Positions 1 through 12,282 of a stretch of DNA of 64,000 nucleotides are shown piece by piece. The position numbers were made by a program, and so were the translations under genes. The notes under the pieces are model-generated. The model saw only the letters and a program-made list of their open reading frames with translations. It was not told where the DNA came from and made no database searches. The stretch is from Syncephalis fuscata S228 (lineage: Eukaryota; Fungi; Zoopagomycota), in the NCBI GenBank assembly GCA_025786725.1, contig JAHLTZ010000029.1, positions 281,597-345,596 of the forward strand, given 5' to 3'. The number at the start of each line of letters is the position of its first letter. Position 1 is the stretch's first letter.

Positions 1-2044
1 ATTTAACATTGGTTACAATAGTGGTAGTAATGCTACTTACCTTATTATGACACCAATCTTCCTTACAACCATCAATCAACTGTAAATGATAACGACGAGC
101 AATTCGCATAATTAATTTCTGGCTATTCGGATCATCTACTGGACTCCAAAATAGGCCAAAGCACGTTTCACACAAACCAAGTGGATTATGCGATGTATTC
201 GGCTTTAATTGCGGTCTAGTGCAGTTCGTATTACGGCATAGTTTGAACGGTGGCGGCAATCGTTCCCGCTCCGATGTATGTAACTGCATATGCACTTTAA
301 CATCGCGTAGCCGTACTGCCATCTGACACTGAACACATATAATAGTGCGTCCACCACAGTAGGCTTCATGCTCCGTCAAATTCATTATGCGATTACGTGG
401 TTCAGTATCCAATTTACCGCGTGGCAATAGATTTCTACAGTAACGACACGATATAAGTCGCTGTGTGCAGTTAGTGGCACGATGTGTCGATAGAGTAATT
501 ACTGAATCATATACATCACCACAACTACAATACTGTAAACAGTGCATAGTTGCTTCATGCTTTTCTTTTAATGAAACATCGTCATACTGTAATTAAATGG
601 ATTAATATTTAGTCTATGTTATTATTATAATACTTACTTTATCACATTCACTACAATGCCAATGTCTATCTGTCTCCTCTCCAATACGTGTTACTTTACC
701 GCACTGTTCGCATCGAATATTATTTCTTTCGCAAAAATTACGATGTAAATGCATAGTTCGAGATGGCACCATGGCATGACACCGTTGACATTGCTCTGTA
801 TCTTGAACTGGCATTACTGTTTCTTTCTTCTTGTCTTCCTCTTCTTCTTTAAATGGCTCTTCCTTTTTACCTTCTTCAACTATTAATGTATATACAAATG
901 GTGCTTTATCTCCAAATGTATGTATACCAATAAAATAGGTATCATTTTCAACAAATAGTGCATCTTGTGCATCGATACGTAATAAGCGTTCATTTCCACC
1001 TTCCCAATTAGCCCAAACATGATCAAGTAAATTGGGTGTCTTATCCAATAAAGAGACATAAATATCTAATAAATTATTAGATCAATATATCTACGTAATA
1101 TGACGCTCTTACCGCCATCGCCTGAATGAACAAAAAGTTTAATGCTGATGTCCGCCTTTTTTCTCCATAAAAATTGATAGTATTTGCGTCCATTAATGGG
1201 TGTTTCATGTTTAACTGGTACACCTTCAACTAATGGTGCTGCTTCCGGCTCTGTCGTTTTATTTATATATGTGTCAATAGCCGGTTCTTTTCCTTTAAGC
1301 GACTCTAAATAACCGCCACCTTCATCGCTAAATAACTTTGCTGGACTTTCTAATACCACAGTAAGATCTGTATCAATTACTGTAACCGCATCGGCCGGTT
1401 TAAGTGCCAACACTTTGAATTCATACACTTCTGCACCATAAGGCACAGATATCGTCTCTCCCGTTGTTAATGTGGTATGGCTCGATCTTAAATGGGCCTC
1501 AAAAGCCGCTCTAAACACTGGTATCGTCAGTATAAACACTATCTAATTTAGCTTGAATAATTACCGATAATCTCGGATATGTCGATATTGATCGGTTAAT
1601 GGCTGAAATTGCGCCCAACTTCCTTTTGGCAACCTCTTAGTCTGTACCAGTATTGAATCACCTTCATTTAAGCCTAGTGATGGAAACATCCATGCAGGCA
1701 GCTGTACAGTGCCTTCTTCAGCACTGAATTCACGTACACCTGCATGAGTTACTCGATCAGTAAGACCATTTTTTAGTTCAAATGTAAGTGGCGATCCTGC
1801 TTCTTGTTTATTGCTTTCGGCTCCTGTATCTCTCCTTCCCTAACTCATCGTCGCTATTATATGTAGTATGAGCATGTATACGATGACTCGATTGTTCCGA
1901 TAAAATTGAATTATCCAATAATTGTCCCAGCACTGAAGGCGGTAAAAGAATTCGGTCACTGTTGTTGTTGTTGCTATCGCCTTCAAACGGCCAAGCAGTT
2001 AACAGGGCCGACCAAGGTGCTGGGCTTTGTTTTACTCTAAGCAT
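1..2044 (-). CDS. UFD1-domain protein with C-terminal Cys/His zinc-finger repeats; multi-exon, runs off the left edge
   Basis: UFD1 motifs SDRILLPPSVL, SPLTFEL...VTHAGVREFSAEEG.V.LP.WM and AAFEAHLRSSHTTLTTGETI...VIDTDL, followed by CxxC...HxxxC fingers (CQRCH, CERNNIRCEQC, HWHCSEC). Apparent 1-nt frameshift near 1838. Confidence 0.85.
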
Positions 2045-2239
2045 CTGAGCTGTAATCTACGACAATTGTATGGCAGAAAGACGTGTTATGACTCAAAGGC
2101 TGACCGGAAATCAATTTGATATTTTCATTTGTGTTACTTTAAATGAAGTCACAATCATTAGTGTTCCATCGGTTTCTAATTAATTCGATGTGGACTACTC
2201 CATCGTTGTTAACGCTATTCATACCTTTTGTTCAATACA

Positions 2240-5200
2240 ATGACGACGTCCATAATTACCAAACGGATTGGCGGAAGTTTTATGGCCTTTGGCCATACTC
2301 GACCGAGCTTGAAATTCACGCCAATGAAATCTTTAGGTGGTGTAAACAGTTATGGCCGCGTGTTTATTTGCACCACCATAAAACAGCCAGTGTTTTGTGC
2401 AAACAGACCAGAAGCTAAATTGGTGAAGCAGATATCAAATCGTTTATGGCTAAGCCAGATACGCCATTATAATGGAGCAGGTTAGTAATGTTACTTGTTA
2501 TTAGTATATTAAATAACCATACTTTGTATAATATCTACTTTATTATCCAGGTGGTCCTCAAGGAGGATTGCGTATGGATCCAAATCAAACACCTGCTAAA
2601 GGGGAGGCCCTTAAAGCTTATGTAAATAATACTATTTGTTTATTTAGTACATCACACTAAAGCAGTGTTTAGAGTATCGATCTAACCGAGTTGGCATCAA
2701 CGGGGAAGCTCGATCCAGTTATCGGAAGAGATGAAATTATTCGACGTACAATTCAAGTGTAGGAATAGTTGTAACATTATAATTGCTAAATAATAATCAG
2801 CGATAATTATTAGACTATCGAGACGTACAAAGAATAATCCGGTGCTTATTGGAGAAGCAGGGCAAGTTAATAGAGGTATTTTTTTATAATATTAACCTTC
2901 TATTTAGAGTGGGAAAGACGGCTATTGCTGAAGGACTTGCTCAACGTATTGTGAATGGAGAAGTGCCAGAATCAGTAAAAGATAAAAAAGTCATTTCATT
3001 GGATTTGGGGGTAAGTAAAACAAATAATAGCTATGTAATAATGACAATAACAACAATAACAACAATAACAACAACAACAACAATAACAACAATAACAACA
3101 ACAACAACAACAATAATAACAATAACAATAATATAGGCATTGGTAGCAGGTGCCAAATACATGTAATTAAATATAGATTCAATGATTAGCTAGAGTAATA
3201 GTAACATTAATAATAGGGGAGAATTTGAAGATCGATTGAAAGCAGTTTTACGTGATGTAGAAGGGGCAGAAGGCAAATTAATTCTGTTTATTGATGAATT
3301 ACATACATTAATGGGATTGGGAAAGACATCAGGTGCTATGGATGCATCTAATATGTTAAAAGTAAGATAAAATAGCTATTTTAATGGTAACTTATACTAG
3401 TTTAGCCTGCTTTGGCTCGAGGTACATTACGCTGTTGTGGTGCTACAACGATTGATGAGTATCGTCAAGTAAGTCGATAGTAATGTTAACAACAGTAATA
3501 TTGAACTGTATTTACGATTACAGTATATTGAGAAAGATCCTGCCTTGGCTCGTCGGTTCCAATCCATTATGGTATTGTCTGGAATGACCTAGTAATTCGT
3601 ATTATTAATATACATATTAGGTGGATGAACCTACAGTACATGATACCATTTCTATTCTTCGTGGATGTAAGTTTGAATACTATCATGATGTATGATAAGT
3701 ATATTTATTAACAACAATATAGTGAAGGAGCGTTATGAAGTACATCATGGTGTACGTATTTCAGATAGTGCACTGGTTGCTGCTGCCACCCAGTCACATC
3801 GTTACATTACTGATCGATTTCTACCTGATAAAGTAGGTAGATGTTTACTTGTACAAATCATTGTATAACAAATATTACAACTATAGGCTATTGATCTTAT
3901 TGATGAAGCTTGTTCCAAATTGCGATTACAACAAGAAAGTAAACCAGAAGCCATTGAAGTATTAGATAGGGCTATTATGACCATGCAAATTGAATTGGAA
4001 TCATTGAAAAAGGTATGGTTTATTAATAAATATAGCCAGCTATTAATTACAAATACATAGGAAACTGATACTGCTTCAAAAGAAAGACGAGAGAAATTAC
4101 AAAGCGATCTTGCTGAAAAGCGTCAAGAATATGATCATCTTACTAGTGTTTGGAAGACTGAACGGTAAAGTTATTAACACGCTGTTAACCTTTTACTTAC
4201 CATCTATTATAATTAGTGCTAAACTAGAAGAGATACAAAGTACAAAGATGGCACTGGAACAAGCACGAACCGATCTTGAATCAGGTAAATATCAATGATA
4301 TTTGTGTATTAATCAATACTTAACTATGTATAGCCCAAAGACAAGGCAATTTTACTCGAGCCAGTGAACTTCGATATGGTGTTATTCCAGATCTTGAAAA
4401 GAACTACCCAAAGAATCGTACGTATTTTTGATACACAGTAGTCAGCAATCGCCTAATTTTTATGAATAGTGTTGAAGAAGAAGATGCAGAGGCATTGGTT
4501 CATGACCGAGTAACTTCCGATGATATTGCTGGTGTTGTATCACGCCGTACTGGTATTCCTGTCCAAGTAATTATTATAAATAACATTTATAACATTAGTA
4601 ATACTGGCTAATCAATTAATTATACTATATATATATATATACATATATATAGAATCTAATGAAAGGAGAACGAGAAAAGCTACTTCATATGGAGGATGCT
4701 TTAGGTAAACGTGTTGTGGGACAGGATGAAGCCATTCAAGCTGTATCTGAAGCTGTAAGGTAAGTATTAAATGATGCGCTATTACAGTTTATTTAATATC
4801 AATATCCATCAGATTAAGTCGTTCAGGACTACAAAGTGATACACGTCCCATCGCATCATTTATGTTTCTTGGGCCTACAGGTGTGGGCAAGGTAGGCTTA
4901 ATATACAATCGACATCTGCATTATTACCTATTACCTATTGACCACATAGACTGAGCTATGTAAAGCCATTGCCAACTTTTTATTTGATACCGAAGCAGCT
5001 ATTGTACGAGTTGATATGAGTGAATATATGGAACGGTAAGTAAAATGTATAGTATAGTGTCAATACTAACGTGCAATGATATAGATTTGCTGTTTCTCGT
5101 CTTATTGGTGCACCTCCAGGTAAACTAATAGTCATTTACAATTGTTTATCACTATAGCTTATATATATATATATTGGCTATATACTATATACTATATACT

Positions 5201-6095
5201 ATTCTTAATAGGCTATGTAGGTCATGAAGAAGGTAATTATTTGATATTTTATTTAATATAATCACTAATCATAACAATACTAGGCGGTGAACTGACCGAG
5301 GCGGTCCGTCGTAAACCATACGCCGTAGTATTACTTGACGAAATGGAGAAAGCTCATCGAGATGTATCAAATCTACTACTGCAGCTACTTGATGAAGGCC
5401 ATCTAACCGACAGCAAGGGACGTCGTGTTGACTTCCGCAATACAATCATTATCATGACCTCTAATCTAGGTGCTGATGCTTTAGCATTGGATCCAACAAA
5501 ATCTGGACATGTCGGCGTGGCTGCTCAAGAAGTGTTATGGCAGCAGTACGCCATCATTTCTCACCGGAATTTATTAATCGTATTGACGATCTAGTAAGTG
5601 AATTTCATAATAAACAATCATTTATTAACAAAAAAAACTATAGGTTATCTTCAATCGATTATCGCGCTTAGCATTACGTGATATCGTCGATGTTAGACTG
5701 GCCGAAGTACAGGCCCGTTTAGCAGATCGTCGTATCCACATAGATGTCGATGAAAATGCCAAGAAATGGCTAGCCAATGAAGGCTATGATCCCATTTACG
5801 GTAAGGCCAATGGCAAAAGAAAAAGAAAAAAAAGAAAACTGTTTATTATGAGCGTGTCTAATATAACCGCTTCTGATTAGGTGCACGCCCGCTTAATCGA
5901 CTGATTCATAAACAACTGCTAAATCCGCTGGCCAAGTATCTCATCGAAGGCAGTATTCGTTCCGGGGAGACTGTCCACATTACGACAGAAAAGGCAGCCA
6001 CAGGAGAAAACTTGTTTGTTATGCGCAATCACCCTCAAACCAAGTCGGCTGACACCACACCTGCTACAAATGGAGACCGTCCGTTATCATCCTAA
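2240..6095 (+). CDS. HSP78: Mitochondrial ClpB-type disaggregase Hsp78 (about 20 introns)
   Basis: Basic presequence with no Clp N-domain; [13 protein letters not shown]; [15 protein letters not shown] (Walker A1); LFIDELH; [11 protein letters not shown] (Walker A2); LLDEMEKAH; GARPLNR. 1-nt frameshift near 5532. Confidence 0.95.
3044..3133. repeat. Imperfect (ACA/ATA)n microsatellite inside an HSP78 intron
   Basis: Seen directly. It generates the spurious poly-Thr and poly-Leu ORFs in the track. Confidence 0.9.
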
Positions 6096-6613
6096 CTAAC
6101 TACTACCCATTGTCATCATACGGGGCAGCGTTAATAAACAAGCCAGTTTTTTGTACAAAAAATAACAATTTGATTCTATTAGTGTTGTCATGATGATTAT
6201 TGTACGATATTATACTACAGGTGGTTAAAGGCGTCACCGTCACACAGTAACATGTGGGTCCTGTGTCTCTGTAAGGATATGGATAAAACAAAAGCAAAAT
6301 GTATTCGTTTTTCTCTCTATTTGAATAACCGGCATGTGGTCATGAAACGTATATGATTGGCTATCTGGATGTCTTTCTTCACTCATCCTTCAGTGCTACT
6401 ACTTAATGCCGCACCAGTTGGACATAATGCGTCAATTTTCATTCTCCACTTTCTTACTGCGCTTTAAAGACTACGCTTGCGCTTCCTTCTTTATTACTAT
6501 TATTATTCTATTACTATTACCACTAGTTGCCCTTCTCGATTATTAGCGTCTTATACACGCCATCTAGTTCCAACCACTATACATCTAGTACCTTACTTAT
6601 AAACTTATTAAAG

Positions 6614-7407
6614 ATGCGTTCTTTCTCTATTGCTTCGCTAGCTTTAATAGCCACTGCCGCCTCTCTCGTCCAAGCCGAATGGCAAATCACCTCCCTCCCC
6701 ATTGGTGAGCGTGAAGGCATCTGCAGCCAGAACACGGCCTACTGTTTGAACAACTGTAATAACAAAGCACCAATGAACTTCTGCAATGCCAAGACTATGG
6801 GTTGGAACTGGTAAGTTAGAACACAGCGGCGATAGCTGCATCTATGCATAAAGTGGGGATGCAAGACCACGGTGCGCGGTCTTTGAGGCACTCAATGGCA
6901 TTTAATTTGTTGCTAAAAGGAGAGGATGATGTTAATTACTATGCATTGCTGATAGCCATGATGGCCGACGCTTTGCAGCATGTATTTTGGCATAAATGAT
7001 GATCATAGTAATAGCAATAGTATCTAACCATACAGTTTAATAATGATAACTTTAGTGGATGTGCCGAAAAGACCCCCGATCTTGCAGAAGCTTCCTGGCC
7101 AATTGTGCGTGCTGAGTGCCGTGGTCGTGCCACTGATTGCCAGAGTACGTGCCAAAAGGATCCAGCTAAGATGACAGACTGTTATGCCAAGTGCGCCGAT
7201 ACCTACCAGTGCGATGCTGGTAAAATGCCAGCTTCCAACCTCCGTGTAAAGGATGTATCTACTGCTCCTGACTATGCCAGCTCTGCATCCACTGGCAATG
7301 GCACCAAGGGATCCAACGCTGCCGATAGCTTGACGCCTTCAGCTGTCTCATTGTCCTACACTGCTGGTGCATTAATCGTAGTTGCCGGTGCTATGTTGAC
7401 TCTCTAA
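6614..7407 (+). CDS. Secreted, probably GPI-anchored Cys-rich cell-surface protein (DUF7707-like); exons 6614-6810 and 7056-7407
   Basis: Signal peptide MRSFSIASLALIATAASLVQA, Cys-rich domain, Ser/Thr linker and hydrophobic C-terminal tail (LSYTAGALIVVAGAMLTL). A GT-AG intron restores the frame. Confidence 0.85.
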
Positions 7408-7955
7408 AAGTGTTTGATACTTTTTATTCACTACGACAGATACGCTTTAGTTGCAATGTCCATCTTTCGTTATTATTACGCCGCTGTTTTTAATAAGTAT
7501 ATTAATAAATATATATATATACATCTATTTATGCAAGAGCCCACGTTATAACAACGATGTTTGAGCCCCGTGGCTCATGTGACACTGGCTTATACAACCG
7601 GTTTTTAGATTTTAATGTTGGTTAGATTGCGCTGAGTGTATTATTGGTGCCGGCTAGTGTATTGGCTTTGATTTTAGCTTTTAATTTAACCGTAAATTGT
7701 AATAATATGATTTAACAAGTTTTTATTAGTTGGTTATATTTTATATTTTTAATATTATATAGCTGTTATAGATAATCTAATAGCTTTAGTGCTATGCATC
7801 TTTATGCACAATATAACACGAATCTTGATAATACGTAAAATAAGTGACAATTTAGTATAAACCAATTTATTGTTCATGACTATATAGCATTGATTGTTCA
7901 AAGCTATTACAACTTGAAGAAACAACGAATTTAAGTATAGATATAAGATTAACAG

Positions 7956-8547
7956 TTAATGATTGTGCCTGTACTCGCTTAGTTCTTCGTCCAATTTGGC
8001 TTTTTGAGCATTAAACATTTTAATGTTGCTTTCCATGTTTTTAATGTTACTTTCAAGCTGAGCAATATTGGCATTCTCCAGTGAAATGTCACCGTTAAGA
8101 GTACGAATATGGCTTTCAATAATGCGTGAATAACTAGATTCCTAAATTAATATTGCACATTCATAATGAATAGTTACTACAAATAATTCCAATTTACAGC
8201 CAAATATTACTTACATTTGTTTTGTTTCCGCCCACTAAAGTGGCATTAAAAGCAGTATACTTTTAGTCATTTAGATATATATTTTAAACCACAACTTACA
8301 TTTTACGGATACTAATTTATCATTTACAGCAAAAACCGATCCAATTAATTACTATCAAAGATATCAAATAAAATTATTGCTTACCACCTATTTATTTCAA
8401 TTAATAAATGTTATGTAGTTAGTATCTGAATATTTATTGTGGCTGTAACATACCACGGCGAATTTGGTTTGGCAAAGCATCTACTAGAGCCGTGCTAGCC
8501 ATAAAAGTTGCGATAAAGACGCAAGTAGCAAGGATAGAGATCTTCAT
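7956..8547 (-). CDS. Small secreted coiled-coil protein (104 aa) with micro-exons; exons 8547-8454, 8387-8385, 8311-8300, 8234-8215, 8141-7956
   Basis: Signal peptide MKISILATCVFIATFMASTALVDA. Four GT-AG introns of 65-73 nt join in frame to ...ESSYSRIIESHIRTLNGDISLENANIAQLESNIKNMESNIKMFNAQKAKLDEELSEYRHNH*. Confidence 0.75.
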
Positions 8548-8769
8548 GTTGATATCGAGTGAATAAAATAAACAGAGGTTATAAATTGAAGTAGAAAACA
8601 AAGTAGCGGTTTGGAACTTTAATAGATGGCTAAATAGACGGTATTCAAATGTACCAGCGGTGGAGTGCGTTGTTAAATTGTATAGTAGTTACAATTGGCA
8701 GTAATATCGACAAGTTATATACATGTAGTTTGCTGGACCTATACTTAAATAAATTGACCGCGTGATGCT

Positions 8770-8980
8770 ATCAGTTTTACCATTTGATCTAATAGCTACA
8801 TCTTTTTACTAAGTTTTATGCGGCATGATAATATCAGGCGATTCGTGCTTGCATTTCGTATTGACGGATGAGCCGCATGTTTATACTGACGCTTACACTT
8901 TAGTTCAATCGTCATGCTTTTTGACTAGCTTCATGCGGTATGGTAGTATCAGATGATTCGTGCTTGCGCTTGCGTTAACT
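8770..8980. repeat. Degenerate two-copy tandem duplication with ~115-bp period
   Basis: ATGCGGCATGATAATATCAGGCGATTCGTGCTTGC at ~8818 versus ATGCGGTATGGTAGTATCAGATGATTCGTGCTTGC at ~8933. Confidence 0.65.
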
Positions 8981-9175
8981 ACGACGATACCTACTAAGCT
9001 GATACGACTATTACGCAAATCGAACAATAGATGTGTATAAATCTTTTTTATCTTAGTCAATACTTGTGCTAAATGTATTTATTAATACAGCTATACAATA
9101 TACTTTTTAACTTTAATATTTTTAATAAATAATATACCATTTGACTAATACAGTTAAACAATATTTATTTGGTAT

Positions 9176-11099
9176 TTATGCCACATATTTCGAAATACAA
9201 AGTGAAGCATTGGTACCGCCAAATCCAAATGAGTTGGAAAGAGCGTGTTTTAACGGTGCTTCAGAAGTAAGCGGTCGACCTTTTAATGGCACATAGTCCA
9301 AATCAAATATTTCAGCTGTTGTTATCTGCGTCTCAGTTGGCTGTTCTGTATTACTACTATTACTACTATTATTAGCAGTAACTGCACTAGGCTGGTGTAA
9401 ATTGGCTGTGGGAGGCAATGTATTCTAAGAAAATCAGTGTTAATGTAATGGATTATAAATATAAAATACAGTAGATTACATGATAAACAGATAGAATGGT
9501 AAATAAGCCTTCGACTGCACCAGCAGCACCCAACAGATGACCAATCGATCCTTTACAAGAAGAGATTGCCAATGGTCGTTCTCGTAAATGATTGGTATCA
9601 TTCAGAAGAGCCGATCGTATTGCTCTGTGCTCGCACACATCACCTATGGCCATTGTTAGCTATCTATCGTGCTATTAATAGTCATTTACCTATAGGTGTA
9701 GATGTGGCATGAGCATTAACATATTCAATATCTTGCGGCTTTAAACCGGCTCGTTCAATGGATCGTCGCATAGCTAATGCTGCACCAGAACCATCAGGTG
9801 GTGGTGCAGTCATATGATAGGCATCCCCTAAATGGCGTTCGTTCAAAGTATTTATCATAAACGTTAAAGCCTACCTGATAGACCATAACCGGCAATTTCG
9901 GCATAAATAGTTGCACCTCTGCTCCGTGCATGTTCCAATTCCTATATCAAAATTAATAGGCAAATAATTGCTTTATCCAGCGCTAATCTACCTCAAGTAC
10001 AACAATACCCGCTCCTTCGCCAATAACAAATCCATCACGGTCGCGGTCAAATGGTCGAGATGCTTCAGCGGGTCGGTCATTAAACCGAGTTGATAAAGAT
10101 CGTGCACTAATAGTGTTATAATAAAATTAACATCATTAGTAGCGCTGTAATAATAATAATAACAATAACAATTACCGAGCAAACCCTGCAATAGCCAATG
10201 GATGCATACAAGCTTCAGTTCCTCCAGCGACCATGACATCAGCATCACCAAATTGAATAAATCGAGATGCATCACCAATAGCGTGTGCACCAGTTGTGCA
10301 AGCTGTTGCCACCGCATGATTTGGTCCCTAATTATAATGATGAACACTATAAAATACACTTTTGTAATACTTACTCTAAAGCCGTGTTTAATCGACAATT
10401 GTCCCGAGGCCATGTTAATTAACATACGCGGTGTAAATAAAGGCGAGATTGGTCGAAGGCCCTGATCATTTATACCATTCAGCTGCTTAACATACAATAA
10501 AATAATACATTATACTTACACGCTTTGCAAAATCACAACTACTATCGTAAATATCTTCAAATCCGCCCATGCCTGATCCAATACAAACGCCCTATGATTT
10601 GTATTAAATTCATAGTACAGATTCTTTATTATTAATGGTAGTCATTATTCCCAATAACTTACTGTGCGTTCTTTTTGTGCATCAGTAAGATTATTGATCC
10701 AATTGGCACTTGTTAATGCTTCCTGTGCTGCTGCCAATGCATACTGAGTAAATGGAGCCAGTTGACGTAGTTCCTACACATATCATACTTGATAAGTATA
10801 ACAGCCAGCCTTTTAGCACTTGCTAACACGCTTACTTTGCCTTCAAACCACTCTTTTGGATCAAACTTTCCTTCTGTATGTGAACCGCGCGGTATAACCG
10901 CACCTACCGTCGATGGTAGACCGTCGAAACGGCCACGTAGATGGGCAGGCGCGTCAGGTCCTACCAACGATACAATACCTGACACACCCGTCAAAAGCCG
11001 TGGCCAAACGTGTCCAATACCAACACCAAGCGGGCAAACAACACCCAGTCCGGTAACAACTACTCGTCGAGTAGTAGCTGTGGCAAGTGCACGCGACAT
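9176..11099 (-). CDS. CEM1: Mitochondrial 3-oxoacyl-ACP synthase (FabF/OXSM type), multi-exon
   Basis: [28 protein letters not shown] (catalytic Cys), [26 protein letters not shown] and [13 protein letters not shown]. Confidence 0.95.
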
Positions 11100-11211
11100 A
11101 TTAATAAGACTTAAAACAAAATGATATCAATTTGAATAGAAACATTTTAATTTTTATTTACTTTTTTCTTATTAGAATTCATATACAACCAACCATAGTC
11201 GATAAGCAGCA

Positions 11212-11747
11212 ATGCAACATCTTTTCACTATGCGTACGCGCTATTACCAGACCCTATTGTCTGGAATGACTAAAAGGCCAGGGCAGTTCTATCAATACTG
11301 TCGACCAGAAACACGGTCCATAGCAAGGATTCAACGGTTTAGTGTATCGTCTCGTTGGTTAGAAATAGCACACGACGACCCAGCTACTGATAGTGATACC
11401 GAAGGACTATGGACATCTGAGGAACGCGAGAGATATCGTCAAATGAATGAGTGGCAATCTAAATTTACACGCGATAAAATTCCATATCGTAAGTAGAATA
11501 ATCGCCATAATAGTAAAAGTTAACAGAATAATTGATTACCATCATGATGATAGGTACATTTGAAATTCATTATATGAGAAGTAGTGGACCAGGTGGTCAG
11601 AATGTTAATAAACGTAGGTATTTATAGAATATTGGCATTAATTACATTTACATTACAACCAATAGTTTCTACAAAGGTTGATATGCGATTTGAATTAAAA
11701 TTTGCCAAATGGTTACCTGAAGCAGTACGTGATAAATTGGCCCAACA

Positions 11748-11778
<31 letters not shown>

Positions 11779-12156
11779 TAGATAGGCATTTATAAAACAA
11801 TTTACTTAATATTTATATTTAGGAAGCATCACGTCTAAATAAACATGGTGAATTTGTATTTACATCAGATAGAACACGCTCCCAAAAGATGAACTTGGAA
11901 GACTGTATTGACAAATTATATGATGCCATTATGCAAGCCTCACAAACTCCTAAAGAGCCAGATGCTGACCAACAAGCCAAAGTAAAACGCATGTATGTAG
12001 TTTTCTGTATATAAATATAATTAATACACTTTCTAACATTGGCGTATCTTTTTTTATAAACAAAATAGGAAGGAAGCTGAGAAGCGACGTAGAAAAGAGG
12101 ATAAACAACGCCGTTCTGACAAAAAATCCAGTCGTCGTTCTAAATACGACAATTAA
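11212..12156 (+). CDS. ICT1: Mitochondrial peptidyl-tRNA hydrolase of the ICT1/ArfB type (ribosome rescue)
   Basis: RSSGPGGQNVNK (GGQ motif), SDRTRSQKMNLEDC and a basic C-terminal tail RRKEDKQRRSDKKSSRR. Confidence 0.9.
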
Positions 12157-12282
12157 CTAATTTATTGGCTGCGATAATAGTAATAATAATATTAATATTA
12201 GTGTTAACATTGTTCTTGTTTTATGATGATTAGTGTTGTCTAGAGACAAGCTGTAGGTGTTTTGTTGTAGATAAATAATGAT

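Noticed and set aside
2991-3182. Poly-Leu and poly-Thr ORFs
   Set aside because: These are translations of an intronic microsatellite.
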